DNA of 64,000 nucleotides from Ruditapes philippinarum (taxonomy: Eukaryota), in assembly GCF_026571515.1 (NCBI RefSeq), contig NW_026857992.1:1-64000 (forward strand), written 5' to 3'. The notes below the pieces were generated by a model that was given only the letters and a program-made list of their open reading frames with translations, had not been told where the DNA came from and ran no database searches. The position numbers and the translations under genes were made by a program. This document shows positions 12,548-26,571 of this stretch, piece after piece; the stretch's first letter is position 1; the number at the start of each line of letters is the position of its first letter.

Positions 12548-15500
12548 TTAATATGCAAAATTCTCCGCTTCTGAACATACAAAATTAATCAACGGATCTT
12601 TCGCCTCTAATCGAGAAATGACCGCGGCTTCAGGTCGCCTCAAAGATGCTCTAGTAAACACATACCGCGAGTCAGCTAGTTTAAAATAAATAAAAATATC
12701 TGTAATTATGTGAAATACGTGAGAAATTAAAGCTATAGCATGAAAGCGTGATTCCTGCTTTAAATCTGAGTCTCACGCTTAGTGCAGGGTATTTAGCTGC
12801 GAGAGAAAACAGAAGAACTGATGGTTGTTAATAAATAAATTTTTATACGTGTAGAAAATTTTTGAATTAAATGTCTGCTAGATTTATAATATAATTAAGA
12901 CTACCAGTGAATCATGGCTTACGTACAAATCGTTGCTACTTCCAGTTGATCATATATTTTTGAAACGTAAATTCCATTCATTTTCTACCACAGACATAGA
13001 TGTTATCTATGTCTCTGTTCCTACTAACTGATATATACAATTCAAAATTGTTACATATGATAACATGGAAGTTTATGTTGTACCGAGATACACATAACAT
13101 GATGACATTGCGACTGCACCAGCCTTTTCATTCTTTTTTTCTGACATTCTTTGCAAAATTTATGTTTTTATAATTACCACTTAGGTGGCCTTTTAATTAT
13201 ATCTTTCAATATTCTGAATTGTCTTTCAGTCCTCGAGGTATTTATATCCATTCGTTGCAGTTTTTTAGCGATTGATACCAACTTTTGCAGACAGTTATAC
13301 CCTGATTTGTTGAACATGTATATATATAATTGGAGATATTCATCGAAATGCAGGCATCTGACAGGACTTTTAAAAGAACATTTTTTAGGGAACATGTCTA
13401 CAAACTACTGTTGTTCATGGTTTTCACACATTTTTATTCCTGTCAGTATGTTATTTATCGAAAAAGTTGTGAAAATTTCCTTGAGAAAAATATTTGACGT
13501 CACCAAAATCATTACGTTTTACTCACCCTTTATTTTATATTCAAATAGTAATAGCAAAATATCTCACGCGTTGACCCTATATTTTTATTGCATAAATATT
13601 TTTTTTTATGACTTCACTACATGTTAAAAAAATTAAAGCAAAATTCACCGTGTTGATTTTTTATTATTTCACTATCTTTAATGCGATATCGCGCGATATT
13701 TGCATCAAATATGGACGTCAGAACGTGAGGGAAAATAACGTAGAATCGCAGAGTATTAAGCAAATGTTCAAGAATTACATCGTTACAAAGACATACATTT
13801 ACTGAACATTATGAAATTAAAATGAAGGAAATCGGATGAAAATTGATAATAACAGACCGGTTTATTGATAAAAAAACGCAATTTTGCCGCCACCGATAGA
13901 GGGCGCTTTGACGTCATAGTAACGCTGTTAATTTATAAAATAATGCTGCAGAAGTAAAGCTTACATATCTACATAACTGTATTCCAGAAATCATCAAGAT
14001 CTGAGATATTGTCAAATTTCGGTCGGAAAGTAGCGAGCTACCTTAAAAGTATTAATAGAGAGACTAATATCAAATGATAATGTTGTAAAAATAATGCAAA
14101 TAGTTTAATAATAATAATAATAAAAACAGTTCTGGTTCAAGCAAGGAATGGACTTTGTATATAAATGAACAAATGCTCCATTGTCAATGGAAACTTAAGC
14201 CATTAAAACGAAAAATTTAAGTGCATGCTTAAATTCAATATAGGGCAATTTCGATCTTGCCAGACACCTCAAGAGTTAGGTGCAAATTGACTGGCCTCAA
14301 CATTTTGTTCTTGTGAAAGCTTTTCTACAGATTAACATTTAGACCTCTAGTTTTTTTAAATGGACTTTTCCTGCTTTGAATTTGGGACAGTTCATTGTTA
14401 GTGTGGGGGATATTGATATCATAATGTTAAATTAGGTAGTCAACAGTAATAGAGTCTGGTCAGACTGCAGTATATTGATGACATTTGTTAGGTATATGCG
14501 TAATTATCACTGTAATCTATGTTTAAAAGTTAAATGGTATGAGATGAAACATTTGACATGAATGGGAAATTGTTTCATTGGAATAGTTTGATAATCTCAC
14601 TGACTTCACTGTCATTCACTGTTCATATATTTCATAAAACAAACTTTGTTCATTTAGAAGATTTTTTGTGTGTGTGTGCATCAACATGATTTTTTAATCC
14701 TACACATTCAAGCTAATTCTTGTTTAAAGTTAATTCCTTGCCTTCATAATTCCTTATTGTGTTTTTTGATGACTTTTGCAGAAATTACCCATATTACATT
14801 CATTTTATAAGGGTGTATGAGTGGGTAACTCATATTACATCTTGATCTTTTATAACTATTTTGTTTATTTCCCTTAGAATATGTGAATTTCTAGTATATA
14901 TAATTTTTTTCAAAATATTGTGTTTGTTTTTTTCATCAGAATTTTTATCTGTCATCTTTAGAAATATTTCACCAGATAAAGTACAAAGATCTGCCTGTTA
15001 CATTGGCAACACATTATAACAACTAGAATTTATTTGGAATAAATTGATAAGAATCATACTAACAAATGCATGTGTACGAAAAATGGTTGAAACTTGTTTT
15101 CGCTTATTTGATCTCATTTAGTTTTTATCATGATCTGTTACTATAGTGATTAATTCAGTTTCCAATGTTGCTTTTTTGTATTTTTGCAAAATTTGCTAAA
15201 AAGTTGTAAAATTATCTCCCTTAATTTCAGGTTTCTAGAATTTCTTTGCTAAGTTTATTCATTATTATAATACATAAATTCAACTTCATTCGCATCATTA
15301 GCGATGTAAATTCTTGTACCTAAATGAAAAGCTGTAAAAGGATAAATTTTCACTGTTGAAACTTTTTAGAGGTAGATTACAACATGTTTGTGTTAAATGT
15401 TTTTTTTTCTTAAAGATTTTTAAGAACTGAAAGATTAACTGTACATAATGAAAGTTTTTGAAACACATAAAGTACTCAACCACTTTTTTCTCACTGATAT

Positions 15501-16939
15501 TACAGTTGTGTTAAATTTATTTTAAATTAGTTTTTAAATTAGTTTTCTTGAATATTAAAAATTAATCAAAAGAGGAAACACTGAAGGTTGATTATCATGG
15601 CAAAACTGCAAGTATTGCAGACTTGGTTTGATTGAGTCTGTTATGATTGGAAAGATTTTTTTCTACTTTCAAAAATTAAAAAAAGAAAGAAGAAATTGAA
15701 AAGTGATGTTGAAATTGCCATTTTGTTTCTGTATATGTATTTTTTTTGGCAGACTAGTATATTGAATTTGGCCATCAGTTTTTAAGCTTTTAAAGCAGGG
15801 AATATTCAGGGTGAAATAAATTTACATAAAAGGCTTATCATGAACTGTAGTTTTGCTCAATTTGTTTTTACTAAATGACTGAGTTATTATATATATGAAT
15901 TTGCTGATTTTCAAATAATATGGCACTCGGTGCTGTTGGTTCAAATCCTGTTCTAGACTCCTGAGGAAGCTATTTAGTAAACTTATGGAATGTGGGTGGG
16001 CATTCTTCGGCGTCTGCTAGTGCATGTAATAGTGACATAATAACATGAAGGCAATGAAGTTTCTTCTTCACAAGTAAAGTGTCCATATGACTTACACAGT
16101 GAAAAAACAACAACAAAAAAGCAGTCGAAACTTCTCTTATATTTCATAGCCCTGACAAGAATATAAAGCTGCTTTAATGCAGTAATCATTTAGATTTATG
16201 CTTACTTTTAATAATAAATTTAAAAAGTGTTTCAAAGTTTGAAAAGTATTGTTAAGTGTAAAAGAAAAGTGCTTAAATAATGATATTGAACCTACATGTG
16301 TTTGATCAACAGATATTGTTTATAATATGTTGTGATAAGCACAAAAAGAGCTATTATTCTGTTATTTACTCAGTGTCATTATGGCGATAAAGGTTCATTG
16401 ACTACACACATATTTTGCATGCTTAAAATTTTATGTATTGCATTGAATTCAAATGAAATATGTTTGCATTTTTGAAAACTCTCAATATTTTTTAATTTTT
16501 TTTTTGTAAATTTGTTTACTTATGTGAAGGTTTGCAGCTTTCTTCTGTTTTTTCCCCTCAATAATTTTATGAGGAGCAGTTTTTCTGACACAATCATTTT
16601 AATTGATGATTTGATTGGATGAGCTCACATTTGTTTATAGTAACTTTGTTATAAATTTGTATAAAAAGGTTGACAATCAAAATGTATGATTGTTTTTTTC
16701 ATTTACAGTTCTTTTGCATTATCTGGGACATAATGTTACAGGACAAGCAACTGGAGATTCTAGCTGCATAATCTTTTACCCCCAATCGTTAGTATGTGCC
16801 ATCATTTTGTCATGTTGATCATTATTGAAAGGAATTACATTCTGTTTTAACATTTCATCTGTTAGCAAAAGATATGCGAGAGACTTCTTGCTACAAAGTT
16901 GACAGTCTATCTATGACAATAGAATATGAAAACAACCGA

Positions 16940-17197
16940 GGGCTGTCAGTGGCCGAGTGGTAAAGTTTGTTGACTTCAAACCACTTGTCTCTGATGACTG
17001 TAGGTTCGAGCCACGCCAGCTTTTAAATTCTTCATGTGAGAAAGCTCCAGCTAGCTTACAGAATGCTGGTGGTTCTACTCAGATATCCATTTGTGGCTGA
17101 AAAAATGAACAGGGGGGCACCTGACGTCTTCCTCCATCAGTAAAGCTTGAAAGTCACCATACAACCTATACTGTGTTGGTGTGACGTAAAACCCAAC
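16940..17197 (+). mobile_element. tRNA-derived SINE (possibly V-SINE type)
   Basis: A box TGGCCGAGTGG (16950-16960), B box GGTTCGAGCC (17003-17012), body shared with 30793-30978, tail TGTGTTGGTGTGACGTAAAACCCAAC. Confidence 0.75.
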
Positions 17198-18399
17198 CTC
17201 TTAGAAAAATAAGAAAAAAAACTAATGGAATTTAAAAAAAAAAAAAATTATATGATTTTTTGTCAGTAATAGCTTTGCATCCATTCAGTCAAAAATAAAA
17301 CAAACTCAAAGTATGGTGTAGAGTATGATTTTCAGGAATTAAAACGGCTTTTATAAGGCTAAATGATGATATAAATGTAAATATTGTTTGATAGTGAATG
17401 ACTGCATAGGGTATGAGTGACTAGGATATTACCTGAACTTGTATTTTATCAAAAATGTAAGCAATATCACACTAGTGTACTATTCTGATAGGTTATATGG
17501 TACATGTTGATTTTGTTGTAAATTTGTATATCCATGAGCTCCCAATCTTGTTTTTTAATCTATATACCCGGTTATTCAATGAATTTCAACAAGAAGAGGT
17601 ACATTGTATTTATGTATAGAGGCAGTTTAAATTGTTTATTTTCTTCTCTCAGTCTAAATGTACTATTTTCTCAGATTGTAAATGAAGTTATATTGTTATA
17701 TTGAAGTTATATGCATGCTTTCGTAAATTGCTTTGAATGATCTGGAATATGTTTATATGTCAATGTTAAGCCTGTATGGATGTAAGGGTGACCTTTGAAT
17801 TACTTGAATCAGGCCATTGCCAGTTTGAATATTGTCATGGACATTGAATGCTCATAGCGAAAAAGCTGCCTTGCTGCAGGTTGGTAGTTGAGGGTTTACA
17901 AGGCTGGGTTGTATCCCTCTACTTGCAAAAGTTAACTGTAACAATGTTAGATGAACTTAACAAAAAATTGATTTTACTGACAAATACTGTTTATGAATAT
18001 ATTTTCAATGGATTGTCTCTTGTCATGAAATTTACAGTCAGAGAATTAAAATGTTATATTGATGACTTATAAATACATGTATGTCAGGGTTTTTATCAAC
18101 ATTTATTTCATTACATATATTATAATGGCAATTCAGACATTCCAAGGTGGTTAAGTATACGTCAGTTTTCAATTAGTAAAACCATGGTCTGTCAATAAAT
18201 TACTGTTGCAGGTTCAAATGGCCGGTGTTATTATTGATATTTTAGATATACATGTACATGTAATTCAGTATCAGTTATATCAAAGGTTATGAATAGCTAA
18301 ATGTATTTTGATAAATTTGTATTCATTGTTAATAATAAAAAAAAAAAAGAGTCAACATAATTCTAGCAAAAAAAGGTTGGTAACCATATAAACGATATA

Positions 18400-19829
18400 C
18401 GAGGTATGTTCAAAAAGTTCGTGGATTTTTGCTGTCATTTTTTACTTGGTTCATAAAAACACACTTAGTGGATATGAATCGAAAGAGTGTCTTTATTTCT
18501 GAAAGTAAGATTTACTTTTATTGTAAACTTTCATTTCATTTACGAGTTATGTGCACATTAATAACCATGGCAACGCAACATCGGCGCACGCCGAAATTTT
18601 CATATAATGTTTAAATATAAACAAATGTTGAAACAAACTGAATGATTGTTTTATGAAGTAAAATACAAGTAATCATCTAATTATATCTAATTGACATAAA
18701 TCTGAAATTTGACGTCGACTGGATGTTGAATAGCTGAACAAACATGTTTTGAGCAGCAGTAGACAGACGGGTAAGTTGGGAAGTATAAAGCCCGTTTAAA
18801 AACTAGAAATTCGCTCTTTCGGAAATTTTTACCAATAAAAATGGGATACTCCTTCATATTTTTATTAGGTGATTAAATTAACTTATAACAATGTGTTGGC
18901 GAGCAAGTCTCTTGGTTTCAGGTCGCGCCAGCGATTCAATTACGGAAAAAACATGCTCACAGACAGAAAGGGCGACGGAGATTTTTTAGCGGCAAATTGT
19001 TGGGACGTCTGTAACGTCAATTACAAACGATCTACAGAAATCCAGACAGTATGAAATGTTTGCGAGATGTCCGACATGTTTAATTTCTGCATCGGGTATA
19101 TGCATTCAATTCTGACAAAACAATTTAATTTAATTAAAAATTATATTTCATTTCATTCACCAGGATATATGCGTATTTACAATAAATAATTGTAGTTATT
19201 ATTTGTATTACGTGTATTTACCCGGGTCCGTTTGAAAATCAATGCTAACTGGTGTTCAGTAGATTTACCGCATAGAATAATTGTCAGTTGATAAAATGTT
19301 TTTCTTTATCATTGATAAATCATATTGTTTAAAGATCGGACGAGGGCGGTTTCAAATTGATACTATAAATAATTTAATAACACTGTCCGTTAAGTGTCGA
19401 GATTACTCAAAAATCCCGATAAAGAGCGGAAAGTATGCGGCACTCGGACCTTTATACGGAGAAAGAAGCGAAAAATTGACCTCTTTATATCTCGGGACAT
19501 CATCACAAACAGAAAAATGTTTTTGGTATATGATCCGCAGATATTGAACACTAAAAAGAGAACTTTCAGAAACAATGACGCTGGTAAAATGTTTCATTTA
19601 TATTGCGACGTCACGAACGTCAGTTTGTTTAGTCATCAGCGTGCGCCGGATTGTGCACCCCTTGTGATTTGTAACTGTCACAGAATTGTTATTTGTAAAC
19701 ATATTTTATTGATTTTTTCACTGTTAAATAAGGACATATTTTCGTATATGTCTCTTGTAAAATCATATACACAAATTAAAAGATGTGAACAGAAGAGCCG
19801 CAGTCCACGAACTTTTTGAACAGCCCTCG
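18400..19829 (+). mobile_element. Decayed Tc1/mariner element
   Basis: TA|CGAGGTATGTTCAAAAAGTTCGTGGA ... TCCACGAACTTTTTGAACAGCCCTCG|TA; mariner-like peptide remnants (SKSL.F...RF, MHSILTKQ, DIIT....VYDP). Confidence 0.8.
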
Positions 19830-20294
19830 TACTTTTCATTTTCCAGACATTTTCATAAAAATGCAAAAATGAGCAAATTTTTAAGTTTTTTAGCTTATTA
19901 AATCTCTAAAACTTGTGATTTTATTGATGTCCTGTCAGTTGAGTGACAACTACTTTACCCTAAACCAGTTGTTATAGACTCACCCTATATTGAATTTGGA
20001 ACTGTCCATGTATTGTTAAGAGACTTCAGTTTCAAGATATAAAAATATAGCTAGCAGCAGTATAGAGCCTGGCCAGACTGGTTGGATGTGCAGGCTGATC
20101 TGGTTCTATCTGGTTCTATTCTAGGGGCAAAGGTTAATCATTTTCTGTTCCAGCAGGTCAAGGTCAGTGATCCAATTTTTGCAATATAGAACATTTTCTT
20201 GAAATGTTTAAATGTTAAACATTATAAATAGGTTTTATTTTCATGTGTATTTTGTATAGAAAGGATGTGTTATTGAGTGAAATGAATTCTTAAT

Positions 20295-20522
20295 ATGAGC
20301 CGCGCCATGACAAAACCAACGTAGTGCTTTTGCGACCAGCATGGATCCAGACTAGCCTGCGCAGTCTGATCAGGATCCATGCTGTACGCTTACCAACCCT
20401 ATTACAAGTAGAGAAATTAATAGCTAACAGCATGGATCCTGATCAGACTGCACTGATGCGAAAGCTGGTCTGGATCCATACTGGTCGCAAATGCATGTTG
20501 GTTTTGTCATGACGCGGCTCAT
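20295..20522. mobile_element. Palindromic MITE (same family as 6434-6672)
   Basis: ATGAGCCGCGCCATGACAAAACCAAC ... GTTGGTTTTGTCATGACGCGGCTCAT. Confidence 0.85.
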
Positions 20523-21504
20523 GTGTCATTTTTGATTGAGAGTGATTTTGTACAAAGTTTTAAGGTTTTTGTCATATCATCTAACAATATTTGTGGTGTA
20601 CAAATCTCTGTGTTCACAATGTACGATTTCACATATTATTTTTTTTGATTTGTTTTTGATTTATTATGAAAATTAAGTCTCAAATCAAAATTTTGTTATT
20701 CTTGCAGTTGAGCATGAACCGTTAAAGCAGCAGGCCTCCAGATTCATGCTAAATTTTATGAAAATTTTGAAAATGTATTTGAATGTGTAATATTTTGAAG
20801 TAACCAAAAGGAAGCAATTTAAACATTATCAATAGTACTTTCAAATCACATTAAGTACAAATAAGTGGTCAAAATATGCATAAAAAGCCTTTATTGCGTT
20901 AGTAACATAGTAGAAATATAGTTGTAAATACTGAAAACTTAGTCATTAATTGCACATAATATGTAAAATATTACTTTAATCTTGAAACTTTTCCTGACAT
21001 CTTAGTACATTTTTCTCAAGTTTGATTTTATTGAAATCTTTTGACTCATCTGGAGGCATGTAGCTTTAATTTATAAAAATAAATAATGTGTTGATATAAA
21101 AATCTACACAGAGCTAATTTTAGGTTTTCAATTGGATACATAAATACATTTGGGTTACTTTTTCAAGTTTTATTTCTATGTTAGTGTCAAAGATAAATGT
21201 ACTATGAATGTAGAGAAAAGCAAAACAGACCAATGACTTAGATGTATTCACTATAAACCTGATAGTGGCATCTGGTTTCACCCATGTGACGAGTGCAGAT
21301 CAAGATCCTCTGGCATATTCTTGCTGTCTGGTCATGATCTGCACTGTTTGGTATTCAGTCTTATTTTGAAATTTACCCTAAAAATGATGAATGGTTTTGT
21401 CCAGATTGAAAGATAGACAAGTCCATTTGAGATATTTTGCATGGTTATAGTTAATGTAGCTGCACTTTTTATCACTTATCACTTGTGGGGGTTACCTTTA
21501 GGGT

Positions 21505-21730
21505 TGAGACATCAGAATTGCAGCCTCTGTTTTTCCCTGCTTGATCATAAGAGGCAAGTTAATAGGTTTGAATAACTGGAGTCTATGTATCCCTTAGCTC
21601 TAGCAGGTGAGGTGGTTTTGACACCTGTTGTTGCTTTAAGTTTGTACCACCTGAGGGTATCCAAAATCATCTTCCTTGTTTCGCCGCCATATGACCTAAA
21701 TTGTGTTGGTGCACCATAAAACCAAACAAA
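21505..21730 (+). mobile_element. SINE-like fragment
   Basis: 3' tail CGCCATATGACCTAAATTGTGTTGGTGC..TAAAACC resembles the tail of the SINE at 16940-17197; different body. Confidence 0.45.
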
Positions 21731-24700
21731 ACACTTCCAGTATCTCAATGCTTATAGAAGCAATATTAACATTTGACCCTGCTGAATCTCTTAAATGCAC
21801 TTGTCCAATTTCTATTTATGGAAATGTCCATATCATTATGAAATTTTAAAGTTGGTGCGACAAAAAATATAGAGATAGTCTCGCATTGAACACTATTGGC
21901 TACAGTAGGTTAAAGATTCTATTTTCTGTTTTGATTCCAGTTTGATATAATATAACAATAATTGCATTTGAACTTTGTCAAGTTATGGTATAGTAATGAA
22001 CAAATGATAATTGTTGACATTCAGTTGTAGTGACTTTTTTTTTAATGCATTGTTTCAGTTTCAACATTGTTGATTTATGTTTTTTTGTATGCTTGTGTTT
22101 GCTTTAAAAGGTTAATATATTTATGTACATGTTTTGAAAATCAAATCCTTATTATACATGTGTCTTACCAAGGGAAACAGATGTTTTTTGTTTGCTGCCA
22201 ATCAAGTCTAATTATACTTCTTCATTGAATAAGTAACAGAAGTAACAAGTGCATATACTGGTACATTTGCTGTGGCAGCGCACTAGGAACGGGCTACCCC
22301 ACTTTAGTTTATCACTATTGTGCATTGTTTTTAGTCGCAGGATAAGTCAATATTTTAAAGCATGATTAAAAGTGCTTTGTGTACAAAAATTTCATGCTAG
22401 GCAAAGTAGTTTTTGTCTCAGAATTACAAGTTTTCCTGATCCACAAGCCAAATGAAATAAAATCTTGATTAACAAGATGTTCTTGCTTCTGAAAAGGGTT
22501 GTATAGAAAGGATTTGTAAATCAGAAATTTTACTGGTACAGAATGTAGAAATATTGTTAGGTAAATGCATGCTGTTATATACTGAAATACGATGAAACTC
22601 ACACTTAAATCAATAAAAAAACTTGTTAGACTTAAGTGGGCTTAATTGTTTGTTACTCATTGATGTTGCTTAATATTTGTTTTAATGAGAAAATGCTTTT
22701 GTTTTCAGGATTTGTGTTTTTGTTTGTTTGGTCCCATGTGTCAGGTTTCATATAAATTGTGTGGCAGTCATAAGTGTTATTAACCAATAAAAAGTGAACC
22801 ATTGTATTGTTGCTATGTTAATAAATTGTGCATTAACCATGTCATTGTCATAAAATATATGAAATTTATGTATTTTTTGTTATATTTTATTCTCCCATTA
22901 CATAACTGGATTAACTAAGAACTAGTTCAATACCTTTTAAAGATACTTTAATACTTTTCCTTAGAAATTCAATGTATGGCTGATTACATTTTGAATAAAC
23001 CACGGATTTCAGATTAACTCATTTGTGCGAGTCATACAGTAGGACATTGCAAGGATGATACTCAAGACCTTCACAATAAGAGATCTAGCTTTGAGTGGAT
23101 AGTTCAAGGATTCGTTAGGCTTCAGTTTATAGTAACCAGGCCAGTCCGTTATTTATTGATAGTTTTATGCATTATGGTATGGTATTTTGCAGAGCAAATA
23201 CGCTAAAATGTACAAAAATGTAAAAATGTTTTTAATTGACCATCTTTGGAGTATTAACTGGGAAAGAGGAGAGACCTAACATCTCTGGTAAAACTGTAGG
23301 TGCTTTTAACCGCCCAGCCTTATGTATATGTATGAGAGAATTATAACTTCCTCCAATGTCACAAAGAAGCGACATCACACTACTTGTCAATCAAATTGAC
23401 TGAGCCAATGCAGGTAGATAAGTCAATCAGATTGATTAACAGTTCCATGCTATTGTTCCTGCAAACAATACCATTATTATTTTGCAACAGTGTATTTTCT
23501 CAATATGGTTTGGATATTGAATTATTAATAGTATTGAAAATATAGGCATTTATCCTAAACTTATTTTTACCATGACCATGCTTTTGAATCATACAATTAA
23601 CGATAAGTTTTGAATGAGTTGTTGTATATAGCAACCTTATGTAGATTGCTTTTAAACCCCCTGGGTCAAGGATAGGCAATTAATTCTAATAATTATTAAT
23701 ACACAGTGAAACATCATTTCAAATTTTGCTTCAGACCACTTATTTTTCAAAAAGTCAAGGTTGCTGGTGGGGGGTATGAATCATCTTCAGTGATAGCTCT
23801 AGCTAACCTTGCAGGTCTTCCAATAGGATTCCCCCCACTTGTGTATTGTCCAAATATTACCTGTTCTGTATGTAAAATGGTAAATAACCGGTTATTATTG
23901 ATTGATCTTTAAACATAAAACAACTAAAAACTCATTTGTGACTCTTGTATATTTCTTTGTAAATTATAAATACATATATTCTAGAAATACATTAAATACA
24001 ATTCAATATGTACAGTTTTCTTGCGTAAAAATAATTTGTAAATTGTTATTATAAAATGAATAAAATACTACCTGAGAAACAAACAAAAAGTTAACATTTT
24101 AAGACATATTGCAACATAAATAATTTATGATCAGTTAATATCAGAAAATTTCATTGTAATTATTTCAATTTTTTATCATGCATTCAACTTTAATATGATA
24201 TTGTATCAATTATAAATATATATTGACCATATATGTATAAATTCATTATAAAATGACAGTAAATTAATTATAAAATACATTTTTTTCTTTCCATTGTATT
24301 TATATTTTAGAATAGATTTAACATTGAAATTACTGTAATTTTCCTTTTACAGTAAAAGGCACACAGTGTAAACAAAAATCATTGATATAATATATAACAA
24401 TTTATCAATATAAATTTCATGAATATTTAACAAATATGTGTGTTCAATGTTACATCTGTATATAATTATTATATGTTCCAATATAAAAAGTTGACAAGGT
24501 TATTAATGCTATGTAAAGTCTTTTGGTAAAGCCAAAAAGAAATGATGCACCACAATGATACTTTTTTTCTTTGTTTTAATTCTGATTTGATATTATTATC
24601 ATTTCATACAGAATAATATTAAATTAGTCACACAAATGTTATTTAACAGGCTAGCCTTATGATGCTTCTACAGACTTGTTTAATACAAGTCTACATTAAA

Positions 24701-25080
24701 TAACTCCTAAAAGATCAAATAAAAATCTGCAAATTGTCACCTTGGTGCAGTTAAAAGATAAATCCTATAAAAATTTTAACTTCTAACAACATACTTAAGC
24801 AACATACTTTAAATAAAACATAAATGATTTTGCTTAAAATTGATGATGTCATCTATTTTATGTTTAAATTAATTCATTCAACACCTGTGTTATACATTTG
24901 TATAATCTACGTTTGAATTAATTTCATTATTTCAACATTCAGTGTAATAAGTTTCTTAAGGACAATATAGCTGCTAATGCCTACACTAAATACATTACAT
25001 ACATGCTAAAACTATGATATTGCAAAATGAAACATAACTAAGTTACTAAGAAATATTTTTTAGATGACAAAGCTTCATTT

Positions 25081-25859
25081 TCAGGAATACCCTCTTCCTC
25101 GATTGACATGTGATAGTTTTTCTAACTGCGATGACATTCTATCAATGGCCTCAGAAGAAACATTTGTAATGGCTAGATTAAGATCTCTAAGATTGACCAA
25201 CTTGTCTCCAATATAGGTCAGGGCATTGTCTGTGATACTTGTTGCAGAAATGTCTAGTTGCTCAAGATTTTTCGCATTTTTACTAAAACATAAACATTTA
25301 ATTCCGTTGTCTGTAACTTTAGTCCCAGCAAGTCCAAGGCTTTTCAAATTCGATAAATTCTGGCTTATGTCTTCTACTGCAGAATCTGATATGAATGTAT
25401 AACTTAGGTCTAAGCCCCTCAAACTGACCATGTTTCTACAGATAAAATGCACACCAAGGTCAGCCACTTTTGCAGAAGTAAGTTTAAGAACTTTTAAAGA
25501 GGTAAAGTTTTCAGCAAGTACTTTCACTCCCGTATCAGTAACTCTATATAATTCCTCAAGGTTCAACTCTTCTAATGATGTGAATTTCAATACGCTGCCA
25601 ATTTCAGAATCATCTATACGTGTTGTTTTCCCGAGGTCAAGAATCTGTAAGTTTGGTAAATCTGCATCATTCAACCATCCTAAAGGCCAGCCGCATTCTC
25701 GTAGTTTGAGGTGGGTAAGAGATTTTGGCAGTGTACTGGAGGACATTCTATCCAAGAAAAATCTATGCAACTGGAGCTCCTGTATGTTTGGACAAGCCGA
25801 GCTTATCTCTTCGAGTAAAGCGTCAGATAATAATTGCTTTTTCTGTCTCTCACTTCCAG
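25081..25859 (-). CDS. FBXL12: FBXL12-like, exon 3 (leucine-rich repeats, stop)
   Basis: Acceptor tttaaag|; LSDALL..ACPN, LPKSLTHLKLREC, YRVTDTG and repeated LxxLxLxxTxI(T/S)D LRRs; phase matches exon 2. Confidence 0.9.
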
Positions 25860-26286
25860 CTTTAAATAGAAAAATAAAATAAAATAATAAAAGCAAAATT
25901 ACAATAAAAAAATGTCACAAAATATAATTTTAAGGACCAGTGTTTGGTTGCAGCTATTTTGTGGCTAAAATTTAGCCATTCAACTTATTTTACTCCTATT
26001 TCTTAAATATTGTTTCCCCTCCATCAGTTTAAAGAACAAGAGCTGTCACATAGTTGGACAGGATGTTCCATTTTTCTAAGGACCTGATACTTAAACAAGA
26101 GTGGAAGTTAAAAAAGTGAATATATATTCAGTGCTTAAAGAGAAATGAAGCTACGAGCAATGCCAAATTATATCTTAGAATCCCATATTGATGATTCAAA
26201 ATGAAAACATTATTTGTTAACAACTCAATATTTACATAATAATTTATAATTCTGGGAAATTAGCAAAGATTGGTGTTATTTATTAC

Positions 26287-26453
26287 ATTTCGCATTGTAG
26301 TATCCAACCATCTTCAGACTTCTTAGAACATCAGATAACCGTGTTCGATAAAATTTCCATACTTTTCTCAAGTCAAGCCCTACAAGTTGTGTCATGTCAA
26401 TGTTTTTCCAAAGTGTCTTATCGCATGCTATTCGCCTCCATGAGTGACATACC
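26287..26453 (-). CDS. FBXL12: FBXL12-like, exon 2
   Basis: ttttcag|; (R)VCHSWRRIACDKTLWKNIDMT...LRSLKMVGYYNAK, resembling FBXL12 RVCHRWKRLVDDRWLWRHVDLT...LHSLRMGGY; donor |gtaata. Confidence 0.88.
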
Positions 26454-26571
26454 CTGAAAATCACAAATATGGACAATAAGCAAAGCAAGCAGCAAATTTG
26501 TCAATAATTGATGAAAAATCACCCCGCAAAACACACACAAACTCCCCCTCAACAACTGTGTATTTAAGAAT

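Larger units (their letters stand above)
9445..14042. mobile_element. 4.6-kb non-autonomous DNA transposon with ~545-bp TIRs, TTAA TSD (Kolobok-like)
   Basis: TTAA|GGTAGCTCGCTACTTTCCGACCGAAA ... TTTCGGTCGGAAAGTAGCGAGCTACC|TTAA; inverted homology 9445-9990 vs 13497-14042; no transposase ORF. Confidence 0.88.

Noticed and set aside
13151-13627. 158-aa ORF inside the long-TIR element as a possible transposase
   Set aside because: Non-ATG start, AT-biased composition, runs into the TIR and has no DDE or DNA-binding motifs.
21520-21570. Possible structured RNA or ribozyme-associated motif (CCCTGCTTGATCATAAGAGGCAAGTTAA)
   Set aside because: Only loosely resembles a motif I recall from retroelement 5' regions; I could not build the required pairings by eye.
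14050-24100. Very long IPO13 3'UTR overlapping the FBXL12 3' end
   Set aside because: U-rich composition is suggestive, but AATAAA sites are abundant and transcript ends cannot be determined from sequence alone.
25430-25882. 150-aa + strand ORF; likewise 59751-60461, 57705-58151, 36463-36693 and 42290-42559
   Set aside because: Antisense shadows of real coding sequence.
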